Part shown: one piece after another, positions 1 to 8,466 of the stretch
Layout: each line of letters opens with the position of its first letter
Numbering within the stretch: the stretch's first letter is position 1
Assembly: GCA_963851265.1 (NCBI GenBank)
Contig: CAWKNZ010000003.1
Coordinates: forward strand, 216,014-280,013
Direction of reading: 5' to 3'
DNA: 64,000 bases
DNA from: an uncultured Gemmatimonadales bacterium
GTDB taxonomy: Bacteria > Gemmatimonadota > Gemmatimonadetes > Gemmatimonadales > Gemmatimonadaceae
The notes under the pieces: generated by a model
Told to the model about the DNA's origin: nothing
The model's database searches: none
Seen by the model: the letters and a program-made list of their open reading frames with translations, nothing else
Made by a program: the position numbers and the translations under genes

Positions 1-172
1 CGAGCGTGTGAGCGCGGACGTCGACCGTGCAGGCGAGCGCCTGCATGCCGGCCACGCTGCCGGCCGGGGCGGTGAGCGTGCGGGTCGGGGCGGTGGGCGC
101 ATCCTGACACGCGCTCGCGATGAGGGCGAGGGCGAGCGCGGGGAGCGGACCGGCGGAACGGCGAACGGGCAT
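1..172 (-). CDS. Lipoprotein, N-terminal part only (runs off the window edge)
   Basis: Read manually on the minus strand from ATG 172: MPVRRSAGPLPALALALIASACQDAPTAPTRTLTAPAG...; signal peptide with lipobox-like ASAC; divergent from the gene at 357. Confidence 0.6.
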   Translation of the reverse strand, partial: MPVRRSAGPLPALALALIASACQDAPTAPTRTLTAPAGSVAGMQALACTVDVRAHTL

Positions 173-356
173 GAGAGCGAACACGCGACGGGGTGCGCGG
201 AAGCCGGCATACGGCCGGCGGTGAACTGCGGCACAGACGCCACAGTCCAGCCGGGGTCACGGCGGCCCCACGCGGCCGCCGCCGTGCGCGCCTCGCACGC
301 TCGCCCGGTCACGGCGGTGTTGCGCGCGCGCCACACCGCGCGTCTCCGCCCCTGTC

Positions 357-1598
357 ATGCGCCACGTCGTACTGTTCCCGCCCTGCCGGGCCGTCGCGCT
401 CCGCCGCGCGCGGCGGGCCCGCGCGCTCACCCCCGTCGTGCTCACGACGGCCGCGTTCGGCTGTACGGGCGGCGACCGGGGCGTGGTCGACCCCGGCGTT
501 CCGACGCGGAGCGATCCCGCCCCGGCGGTCGCGTTGCTGTACACCCTGTCGAGCACGGGCCGCGTCGAGCGCGGCGATTCGGTGCGCGTGGTGGCCGTTC
601 GCGGAGCCGACACGCTCGCCGTCGACAGCGTCACCGTCGCGCCCGCGGGCGCGGCCGCCGTCGCGCCGGGCGGGTGGCTGCGCCTGCGCACGGAAGGCAG
701 CCTGGCCGTGACGGCGGCCGTGCGCGACACCGTACACGGCCGCGCCGGCGCCGTGACGCTCGTCGCGGGCACCGTTGCGGTGGCCGAACCGCCGACGATC
801 GTGTTCGACCTCCTGCAGAACGGCAACCGCGACATCTGGCGCGTGGCGCTCGACGGCGGCGGGCTGCTGCGGCTGACCACGGCGACGGCCGACGATCAGC
901 ACCCGACGGCCGCCGGCGGAACGGTCGTGTTCACGAGCTACCGCACGGGACGGGCGCAGCTGTTCGCCGTCGCGCTCGACGGGTCCGGGGAGCGCCGCCT
1001 CACGACGACCGCCGACAACCTCGTCGAGCCCGCGCTCTCGCCCGATGGGCGGCGCCTGGCGTACGTACGCGACACCTCGGGCGCCCGCCGCCTCTGGTGG
1101 TCGGCGGCCGACGGCACCGCGCCGGCGGCGGCCGCGACCGCGCCGTGGGCGGGCGCAATCGACGGCGCACCGGCGTGGGCGCCGGACGGCAGCCGGCTGG
1201 CGTACATGTCGACGCGCAGCGGACCGGTCACCGTGTTCGTGCTCGATGCGGGCGCTGGCGCGGGGCCGACCGCGGCGTCCGGCGCCACACCCGATCCGCA
1301 GTCGGTCACGGTGGAGCCTGCGTGGAGTCCGGACGGCCGCCAGATGGCCGTGACGTCGACGCGCAGCGGCGGGAGCGAGCTGTTCGTGATCGATGTGGCA
1401 AGCGGCATCGCGACACAGCTGACCCGTTCGGGCGGCACCGTCGGACAGCCCGCGTGGCTTCCGGACGGCCGCATCGTGTTCACGGCGTTCGCGGCGGCCG
1501 GATCGCGACTGCGCTGGCTCGACCCCCGCGCGCCCGGCGTGCTGCACGACGTGCCGACCGGCGCGGGCAGCGCCGCGCACGCGGCTCCCGCGCGCTGA
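357..1598 (+). CDS. TolB-like/PD40 beta-propeller lipoprotein
   Basis: Signal peptide with AFGC; repeated PAWSPDG/PALSPDG/PAWLPDG blades. Confidence 0.85.
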   Translation: MRHVVLFPPCRAVALRRARRARALTPVVLTTAAFGCTGGDRGVVDPGVPTRSDPAPAVALLYTLSSTGRVERGDSVRVVAVRGADTLAVDSVTVAPAGAAAVAPGGWLRLRTEGSLAVTAAVRDTVHGRAGAVTLVAGTVAVAEPPTIVFDLLQNGNRDIWRVALDGGGLLRLTTATADDQHPTAAGGTVVFTSYRTGRAQLFAVALDGSGERRLTTTADNLVEPALSPDGRRLAYVRDTSGARRLWWSAADGTAPAAAATAPWAGAIDGAPAWAPDGSRLAYMSTRSGPVTVFVLDAGAGAGPTAASGATPDPQSVTVEPAWSPDGRQMAVTSTRSGGSELFVIDVASGIATQLTRSGGTVGQPAWLPDGRIVFTAFAAAGSRLRWLDPRAPGVLHDVPTGAGSAAHAAPAR

Positions 1599-1666
1599 GC
1601 GCCGCGCACCCGACCTCCGCCGTAGCCCTCACCGTCCGACCACGCCATTCCCCTCTCCTTCTGCCG

Positions 1667-1933
1667 ATGGCCGCCACTCTCGCGCCCGCGCCGCACGCTC
1701 TCGCCGCCCATCTCGACGACGGGACGGTGCTGCTCGACCTGCACACGCGCTCCTATTTCCAGCTCAACGCGACCGGCGCCGTCGTGTGGCAGAGCGTCGA
1801 AGCGCGCGACGACCGCACGGCGGCGATCGCGCGCCTGGTCGACGCGTTCGACGTGGCGCATGCGGACGCCGCGACCGGCTACGACGCGCTCGTCGCGGAG
1901 CTGCGGGCGCGCGCGCTCGTCGTGCCGGGGTGA
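1667..1933 (+). CDS. PqqD-family RiPP recognition element (lasso B1-like)
   Basis: 88 aa C-terminal part of ORF 8..1933 from ATG 1667; motif DGTVLLDLHTRSYFQLNATGAVVW and C-terminal LVAELRARALV typical of PqqD. Confidence 0.88.
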   Translation: MAATLAPAPHALAAHLDDGTVLLDLHTRSYFQLNATGAVVWQSVEARDDRTAAIARLVDAFDVAHADAATGYDALVAELRARALVVPG

Positions 1934-2391
1934 CGGGCCTGCGGGCGTCCGACGTCGCGTGCGCATGGTCGGCCGTCGCGCACGGCGTGTTCGCGGCGCT
2001 CCTCACCCGGCGCGTCGTGCACGGCCGCGGCCTCGACGCGCTGCTCACCGCGCCTCACGCGCGCGCGGCCCGGGCGCCGTCGGCCGCCGATGCGGCCCGG
2101 GCCCATCAGAGCACGGCGGTCGCGTTCGCCGCGCTTCGGTTGCTCGCCCGCCTGCCAGGCTGGCGAAACACGTGCCTGTACCGTGCGGTGGCGGAGTGCC
2201 TCGTCCTCCGCGGGCGTGGCATGCCGGCCGTGCTCCGAGTGGGCGTCGCGCGGGCGGCGGGGCCGGTCGCGGCCCACGCGTGGACGGAATGCGCCGGCCA
2301 CCGTTGCCAGAGCGCGACCGGGAGCGAGGGAAACGCGTACGCGCCGCTGCGGCGCACGGTGGCACACGCGGCCGAAGGGGCGGTCGCGTGA
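1930..2391 (+). CDS. Lasso peptide B2-type transglutaminase-like leader peptidase
   Basis: GTGA overlap with the PqqD gene; TCLYRA (Cys), LRVGV, AHAWTE (His) motifs. Confidence 0.82.
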   Translation: MTGLRASDVACAWSAVAHGVFAALLTRRVVHGRGLDALLTAPHARAARAPSAADAARAHQSTAVAFAALRLLARLPGWRNTCLYRAVAECLVLRGRGMPAVLRVGVARAAGPVAAHAWTECAGHRCQSATGSEGNAYAPLRRTVAHAAEGAVA

Positions 2392-3401
2392 GTTCGGCGC
2401 CGGACGCGATCGCGGCGCACCAGCACGTGTCGCTCACCGGGGACGGCGCGCTCGCGCTCACCGTGGACGCCGATCTCGCCGACGCGGTCGCCGCGTGGCT
2501 GCCGTCGCACCTGCGCCTGTCCGCACGGGCGAGCGCCGCAGTGCCGGAAGCGCGGATCGTGGCGCGACGTGGAGCCGGGCCCGCGTCCGCTTCGTCCAAC
2601 GTCGCGGGCACCGGCGCCCCGCGCGGACCGGACCTCGTGGCGGGCAACGTCGCCCTCTGGCGCGAGGGCGACGCCATGCGGCTTCAGACGCTTGGTGCGC
2701 GCGGCCCGGCGGGGGTCGTCGAACTCGCGGCCCGGCACGCCGTCCTCACCGTACCCGGTGGGCACGGCGCCGATGCGCCTGAGGTGACCGCCGCGCTCCA
2801 CACGATGTTGTTGCTCGCGAGCGCGTACCTGCTCGGGCGGCTCGGGCGCGCGCTCGTGCACGGCGCGTCACTCGTCGCACCCGACGGCCGCGCGTGGCTG
2901 CTCGTCGGCGACACGCACGCGGGCAAGACGACCACGTGCGCAACGCTCGTCGACGCCGGGTGGCAGTACTGCGCCGACGACCACGCGATCCTGCAGCCGA
3001 CGCCCGCGGGCGTGGTCGTCGAGGGGTGGCCGCGGCTCTTCCACCTCGACGGCGGTTGGGACCACGGCGTACCCGTGGGTGGCGCGCGGCGGGACGTGGA
3101 TGCGTTCGTCCGCTGGCCCGGCCGCTGGCGCCCGGCGGCTCCGCTCGCGGGCGTGCTCTGCCCACGCGTGGACGCCGACGCCGCCACCGCACTCGCCCCG
3201 CTCGAGCCGACCGGGCGCCTCTCCGCGCTCCTGCGTCAGTCGCCGTGGCTCACCGCCGACCCGGGGGCGGCCCCGGCGCTGCTCGCCCTGTTGCAGCGCG
3301 TGGCCGCCCGGCCTGGCGCCGCGCTCCGCCTCGGGCGCGACACCTTTCGCCGGCCGGAGCCGCTCGCCGCCGTGCTCGCCCCCCTCACCGCCCCCGCCTG
3401 A
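2388..3401 (+). CDS. HPr-kinase-like P-loop kinase (lasso-cluster type)
   Basis: GTGA overlap; VHGASL, Walker A GDTHAGKTT, ADD motif. Confidence 0.78.
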   Translation: MSSAPDAIAAHQHVSLTGDGALALTVDADLADAVAAWLPSHLRLSARASAAVPEARIVARRGAGPASASSNVAGTGAPRGPDLVAGNVALWREGDAMRLQTLGARGPAGVVELAARHAVLTVPGGHGADAPEVTAALHTMLLLASAYLLGRLGRALVHGASLVAPDGRAWLLVGDTHAGKTTTCATLVDAGWQYCADDHAILQPTPAGVVVEGWPRLFHLDGGWDHGVPVGGARRDVDAFVRWPGRWRPAAPLAGVLCPRVDADAATALAPLEPTGRLSALLRQSPWLTADPGAAPALLALLQRVAARPGAALRLGRDTFRRPEPLAAVLAPLTAPA

Positions 3402-3402
3402 C

Positions 3403-4653
3403 GTGCCGCGTCTGCCCATTCTCTTCCGCCGGGCCGGCCGCGATGCCGCCGTGCGCGGCGCGCTCGCCCTCCGCGCCCCCGCGCTCGCGCTGCTCGCCGG
3501 CCGGGCGCCCGACGCCGCGGGCCGTGCCGCGCTCGGCGCGCCCGCGGCCGCGTGGGAGCTGTTCCTCGCGGCCGAGTGTTGCGCGATCCCGGTGGCGCGC
3601 GCGCTGCGGATGGTCGGCGCGTGGGACTCGCTCTCGCCCGACGCCCGCGCCGCCGTCGCCGCCGCGGAATCGCGCGAGATGCAGCGCGTGCTGGCCGCGC
3701 GGGGGCAGCTGGCGGAGCTCGACCGCCTGGCTGCGGCGTTTGGCGTGATGCCGATCGTGCTGAAGGGCGGCGCCACCGTCGCCGAGGGCACCGCGCTGGA
3801 CCTCGGCGACATCGACCTGCTCGTCACGGGCGACGTGGCGGCCACGCTCGCGGCGGCTCTCGTCGCGCGCGGGTACGCGCCCTCGGGTGACGCGCTGGTG
3901 CGCCCCGGGGCGCTGCCGATCGAGCTGCACGACCACGTGTCGTACGGCCGCGCCGGGGGCGCCGGCGACCGGGCCGCGCGTCCGGCCGAATCGTGCGCGG
4001 CGGGACCGTGGACGGGTGCGTCGTGTGTGTCCCTCGCGTGCGCCGACGAGCCGCCGCTGGTGCCGCTCGCGGGCTGCCGCGCGCTGCGGCGGCTCGTCGG
4101 CGCGCCGGCTGTGCTGCTGCTCCTCCGCCACGGCGTGCTGCACCACCCGTTCCGCCGCGGCCACCTGCGCGACCTCGTCGTGCTCGCGGAGGCGATCGGG
4201 CGCTGCACGCCCGACGCGGTCGACGCCGTGTCGCGGGCGTGCGCGGCGGATCCCGATGCGGCGGACCTCACCGAGACCCTCGCGCTCGCGCTGGCGATCC
4301 GCGCGGGGGCGGACGTCGCCGACCCGCCCGCGGTGCGGCGGATGGCGACCCACAAGTACCTGTTCGCGCTCGGGACGTGGCGGCGCGCGGTGCGCATCGC
4401 GCCGCGGTGGCCGACGCTCCTCTGCGCGGCGATCGACCGTCCCGCGGCCCGCCACGCGCCGCTTCGCGACGCGCTCGCGAGTCGGGAGCAGACGGACCCG
4501 CACTGGGAATTGCGCCGCCTGGCGAGGCACGCGCCGAGGCTCGCGGCGGCCGCGCGTGGCGCGGCGCGCCTTCCGTACCGCGTCGTACTCGTGCTCTGCG
4601 CGCTCGGCGCGGGCCCGTTCGCGCGCCGCCGGGTCGCGCGCCTCGCCCGCTGA
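3403..4653 (+). CDS. Nucleotidyltransferase family protein (NTP_transf_5-like)
   Basis: PIVLKG...GDIDLLV and IELH motifs; starts 1 nt after the kinase stop. Confidence 0.75.
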   Translation: MPRLPILFRRAGRDAAVRGALALRAPALALLAGRAPDAAGRAALGAPAAAWELFLAAECCAIPVARALRMVGAWDSLSPDARAAVAAAESREMQRVLAARGQLAELDRLAAAFGVMPIVLKGGATVAEGTALDLGDIDLLVTGDVAATLAAALVARGYAPSGDALVRPGALPIELHDHVSYGRAGGAGDRAARPAESCAAGPWTGASCVSLACADEPPLVPLAGCRALRRLVGAPAVLLLLRHGVLHHPFRRGHLRDLVVLAEAIGRCTPDAVDAVSRACAADPDAADLTETLALALAIRAGADVADPPAVRRMATHKYLFALGTWRRAVRIAPRWPTLLCAAIDRPAARHAPLRDALASREQTDPHWELRRLARHAPRLAAAARGAARLPYRVVLVLCALGAGPFARRRVARLAR

Positions 4654-4847
4654 CGCAGCGACGGACCGGGCCGTCGGTTAGAACCTGGGTGCGCGATTAC
4701 TCACGATCGCACGCGAAGTTCCACGGCCCGGTACGCCTTTGTGAGATCTTTACGACGGGTTGATGCCACGGGGCCGTGCGCAGGCGGAGTATACGGGAGC
4801 GTCCCCGGTACGCCGGCGCCGCGTCTCCTCACTTCCCGCCCCGTCCC

Positions 4848-5873
4848 ATGCCCGTCCGGTTCACCACCGCTCGTCGCGGCACCCTCCGCGCGTCCGCCGC
4901 CCTCGCCGCCGCCTGCGCATTCGCGGCGTGCACCGACGGCGCCACCGCCCCGTCGGCCAGCAGCAATCTGTCGCCCGACGGCCCCTCGCTGAGCGCGGCG
5001 CCCGAGCTCAACCCCGGTGTGCGCCACGTGCACCACGTGCGCGACTACAGCGCGACCCACAACGCCGGGACCGGGACGGGCATCTCGTACCACGGCGGCG
5101 CGCTGCTGACCGCGCAGACCAACGTCGCGGCCGTGTACTGGGGCGGGAGCCCGATCTATACGAACGGCCCCGCCGCGGGCACGCACGGCGCCGGATCGAC
5201 CGACGGGTCGCTCGTCGGCTTCTTCCTGAGCCACATCGGCGGCTCGCCGTACTTCAACATCAACACGACGTACTACAACGCCTCCGGCACGCACGTGGCG
5301 AACGTCGTCAACTACACGCAGTACTGGGCGGCCAACACGAGCGTGCCGGCGTCGGGCGCGAGCGTCACCGACGCGCAGATGGTCGCCCTGCTGCAGGCCG
5401 GCATCAACAGCGGGGCCCTCACGTACGACGCCAGCACGGTCTACGCGATCTTCACGGCCGGCGGGGTGAACCTCGGCGGCGGGTTCGGGACGCAGTACTG
5501 CGCGTACCACACGACCGGCACCGTCACGGTGAACGGCGTGTCGCGTTCGGTGATCTACGCCGCGATGCCCTACAACAACTCGCAGCCGTCGGCGTGCACC
5601 GCCGGCACTGGCGCGCCTAACGGCGACCCCGGCGCGGACTACGAGGTGACCACCCTCGTCCACGAGATCGAGGAGAGCACCACCGACTACCTCGGCAACG
5701 CCTGGTACGACCGCTCGGGCAACGAGAACGCCGACAAGTGCGCGTGGAACTTCGGCGCCACGGCCAGCGCCACGAACGGCGCGAAGTACAACATCACGAT
5801 CGGCGGGAAGAACTTCCTCGTGCAGCAGAACTGGGTGAACGCGGGGACGGGCGGCTGCGCGCTGAAGTACTGA
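4848..5873 (+). CDS. Phosphate-induced protein 1/EXORDIUM-like secreted lipoprotein
   Basis: Lipobox FAAC; ISYHGG, YCAYH, APNGDPG, HEIEE..TD, AWY...ENADKC, FLVQQNW motifs. Confidence 0.7.
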   Translation: MPVRFTTARRGTLRASAALAAACAFAACTDGATAPSASSNLSPDGPSLSAAPELNPGVRHVHHVRDYSATHNAGTGTGISYHGGALLTAQTNVAAVYWGGSPIYTNGPAAGTHGAGSTDGSLVGFFLSHIGGSPYFNINTTYYNASGTHVANVVNYTQYWAANTSVPASGASVTDAQMVALLQAGINSGALTYDASTVYAIFTAGGVNLGGGFGTQYCAYHTTGTVTVNGVSRSVIYAAMPYNNSQPSACTAGTGAPNGDPGADYEVTTLVHEIEESTTDYLGNAWYDRSGNENADKCAWNFGATASATNGAKYNITIGGKNFLVQQNWVNAGTGGCALKY

Positions 5874-5874
5874 C

Positions 5875-5929
5875 GGGCTGAAGTTCCGAAGGGCTGAAGT
5901 TCCGAAGGGCCGAAGTTCCGAAGGGTTGA
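5875..5929. repeat. 16-bp tandem repeat GGGCYGAAGTTCCGAA, about 3.4 copies
   Basis: Units start at 5875, 5891 and 5907, with a partial unit at 5923. Confidence 0.9.
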
Positions 5930-5992
5930 CGAGCCCGACGTCGGGGATGCAGGGGCTGCAGCACGGGCCTCGGCTCCCCGACGTCGGGCTCG
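5930..5992. terminator. 18-bp perfect inverted repeat (terminator- or REP-like)
   Basis: CGAGCCCGACGTCGGGGA (5930-5947) pairs with TCCCCGACGTCGGGCTCG (5975-5992); downstream of the Phi-1-like gene. Confidence 0.55.
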
Positions 5993-6057
5993 AACGCTTT
6001 CACGCCCCCGTCCCGGGCGAGCGCATCGGGCCCGCCTCATGCGTGACGCACGACGCC

Positions 6058-6354
6058 ATGAGCGCCTCATCCGTGCACGTCGAACACCGCCCCGACGACC
6101 ACCGCTTCGTTGCCGACGTGGCCGGCGGCGAGGCCGTTCTCGTCTACCAGCGCCTCGCCGACGGCGAGCTCGACCTCCAGCACACGATCGTGCCCGAGGA
6201 AGCGCGCGGCGGTGGAGTGGGCGACGCGCTCGTCCGCGCCGCGGTCGACTACGCACGACGCGACGGGGTGACGCTCATCCCGACCTGCCCGTACGTGGCC
6301 GCCTGGCTGGCGCGTCATCCGAAGGAGCGGGCGGTCTTTTCCGACGACGAGTAG
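6058..6354 (+). CDS. Small GNAT N-acetyltransferase (YjdJ-like)
   Basis: HTIVPEEARGGGVG and IPTCPYV motifs. Confidence 0.88.
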   Translation: MSASSVHVEHRPDDHRFVADVAGGEAVLVYQRLADGELDLQHTIVPEEARGGGVGDALVRAAVDYARRDGVTLIPTCPYVAAWLARHPKERAVFSDDE

Positions 6355-6464
6355 GCCGCGTTGCAGGCGGCGGCCGGCGGACCCCGCCGGCCGGCCGCAA
6401 CTTCCGCCGAAGCGGCGCCGTACGGCTGGTCGCCGTCCTCCTCGCCCCGCTACCCCGCCGACCG

Positions 6465-6716
6465 ATGACCGCGCCGCGCTCCGTCTTCGAAGAGATTCCA
6501 GTCGCCGGGCACAAGCTGCTCGAAACGGTCCGCGAACTCGTGCGGGCGGGCAAGGTGCGCCGCATCGTGGTGCGCAACGCGAACGACCGGGTGGTGCTGG
6601 ACGTGCCGCTCACGGCCGGGGTGGTCGGCGCCGCGCTCCTGCCGATGTGGGCGGCGCTCGGCGGACTGGCCGCGCTGTCGGCGCGGTACACGGTGGGCGT
6701 CGAGCGCGACGCCTGA
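6465..6716 (+). CDS. DUF4342-domain protein
   Basis: VRELVRAGKVRRIVVR...LDVPLTAGVVG pattern. Confidence 0.8.
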   Translation: MTAPRSVFEEIPVAGHKLLETVRELVRAGKVRRIVVRNANDRVVLDVPLTAGVVGAALLPMWAALGGLAALSARYTVGVERDA

Positions 6717-6753
6717 TCCCGTCGGCCCGACGCGGTCCCGCCTGGCCCGTGGC

Positions 6754-7206
6754 CTAGCCGGGGCCGGCCGCTCGACCGGCCGCCGCGCGCCGTCGGCTCG
6801 CCCGCCACTCGCCGATTCCTCCCGCGGCCACCCCGCCCGCGTACGCGAGCAGGTCTCGCCAATCGAAGTCCGCGCCCAACACCAGGTGCCCGAGCGTCGT
6901 GGCCCGTACGGCGTCGATGCCAGGCGCGTGATAGCACTGGCTGAACTCGATCGCGAACGAGAACGCCAGCGCCGTCCCGATCCGGGTCGTCAGCCCCGCC
7001 GTCGGCCATCCGGCTCCGATCCACCAGTAGACCATCGCCGCCCAGAGCGCGTCGCCGAGCACGTCGCGGACGGCTGGCGGCAGTGCCGCACCGCGGAAGT
7101 GGACCGCGAGCCCGACCGCCATCGTCCCGAGCGCCGCGGCCGTATACGCGAGGCGCGCCGGGAGCGTCTCGCGCAGAGTGCGCGCGGCACGCACGTTTCC
7201 GCTCAT
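6754..7206 (-). CDS. DUF2809-family membrane protein
   Basis: GDALWAAMVY, IEFSQCYHAP..., LVLG..FDWRDLLAY; start uncertain. Confidence 0.8.
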   Translation of the reverse strand: MSGNVRAARTLRETLPARLAYTAAALGTMAVGLAVHFRGAALPPAVRDVLGDALWAAMVYWWIGAGWPTAGLTTRIGTALAFSFAIEFSQCYHAPGIDAVRATTLGHLVLGADFDWRDLLAYAGGVAAGGIGEWRASRRRAAAGRAAGPG

Positions 7207-7528
7207 GCCCTACGATAGCGGACTCGTCGAGCGCGTCGCCGACGCCCTCGCCCCGATCGGCGTGCGCGGCGCGCGCCAGCGCAGCATGTTCGGCGGGCGC
7301 GGCTTCATGCTCGGCAAGCAGACGTTCGTGATCGTCTGGGGCGAGGGGCTCATCGTCAAGGTCCCGCGCGCCGAATACGACGCGGCGCTCGCCGAACCTG
7401 GCGCCTCGCCGTTCGCCCCCGGCGGGGGGCGGCCGATGGGGACGTGGGTGGTGGTCACGGCGGAGGCCGTCGCCGACGACCCGGAGTTGCAGGCGTGGGT
7501 CGCACGCGGGGTGCGCGCGGTGGCCTGA
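7205..7528 (+). CDS. TfoX/Sxy N-terminal domain protein
   Basis: MPYD..LVERV, SMFGG, RPMGTWV, ELQAWV motifs. Confidence 0.82.
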   Translation: MPYDSGLVERVADALAPIGVRGARQRSMFGGRGFMLGKQTFVIVWGEGLIVKVPRAEYDAALAEPGASPFAPGGGRPMGTWVVVTAEAVADDPELQAWVARGVRAVA

Positions 7529-7740
7529 GCCGACCCGCGCGGGTGCCCGCGCGCGTGAGTGGTCGACCGATTGCGCGACCCGCTGCTCACGCGTCACTCT
7601 CGGGCGAGCAGGCGGCCCCGCTCGCGGTGCCCCGCTCGCGGTGTCGTTGCGCCCCGGCCGATCCGACGCCACGCGGAGGCATCGACGGAGCGCGCGCCGT
7701 ACCCGAGCGTGCACCCTCTGCCACCCTGTCGGACCCCGTC

Positions 7741-8430
7741 GTGCCGTACCCAACTCCCGCGTACCCGCTCGAGCTGTCGCCGGCCGACGCGTTCCGCCGC
7801 GCCGCAGCCCATCTGACGCCGCACGCGTCCCGCCCGGCCGTCCCGCCCCCCGTCGTGCTCGGCGGCGTGCTGCGCAGCGACTCGCCGTTCCTCGACGTGA
7901 CGCCGTCCCAGGCGGCGCTCCCCCCCGAGGACGGGATGGTGTTCCTGCCCTACGAACCGGTCGCCCCCGAACCACTGGGTCAGACCCGCATCGAGGTGCC
8001 GTTGCCCGACACGCCGTTCGACCGCGCGGCGGTTGCACGCGCCCGGGCGCGCGCGCGGCGGGCGGTCGAACACGTCGAAGCGACGGTGATGAGTGACGAC
8101 GGGGTGGCCGAACACATCTGTGACGTCACCGAGTGGCTCGCGGGTGCGACCGTGCGGGAGCTCGACGCGCTCGCGCGCGCCGGGTGGTCCGGGGACGAGG
8201 CGCTCGACGTGGCCGACACCCTCGCGGACGACGACCCCGAGGTGGCCGACGTGCTGCGGCACGCACGCCGCACCGACGCCGGCGTGAGCGTCGAGATCGA
8301 CGGCGGGGCGGTGATGGAGTGGCTCGCACGGCACCGGCCCGCGGTCGCCGCTGCCCTCGCCGACACGACCGACGCGGCCGACGACGACGCGGTCGAGCAC
8401 GAGACGGACGAGGCGTCGGACGAGGGCTGA
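7741..8430 (+). CDS. Hypothetical protein with acidic C-terminus
   Basis: Protein-like composition and codon usage in ORF 7444..8430 from about 7741; start uncertain. Confidence 0.6.
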   Translation: MPYPTPAYPLELSPADAFRRAAAHLTPHASRPAVPPPVVLGGVLRSDSPFLDVTPSQAALPPEDGMVFLPYEPVAPEPLGQTRIEVPLPDTPFDRAAVARARARARRAVEHVEATVMSDDGVAEHICDVTEWLAGATVRELDALARAGWSGDEALDVADTLADDDPEVADVLRHARRTDAGVSVEIDGGAVMEWLARHRPAVAAALADTTDAADDDAVEHETDEASDEG

Positions 8431-8466
8431 GGCGGGCACCCGCGCATCCCGCGGGGTATCACCGAC

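Noticed and set aside
8..1666. 641-aa ORF 8..1933 as one gene, and the many other long Arg/Ala/Pro-rich ORFs in the track
   Set aside because: Shadow ORFs caused by stop-codon scarcity at high GC; only the last 88 aa (PqqD) of this one are credible
4654..4847. Lasso precursor peptide in the spacer after the nucleotidyltransferase
   Set aside because: No short ORF with a YxxP-type leader, penultimate Thr and acidic ring residue was seen
5875..5992. CRISPR array
   Set aside because: Repeats are contiguous 16-mers with no spacers, and there are no cas genes; the PD-(D/E)xK Fe-S nuclease is AddB-like rather than Cas4
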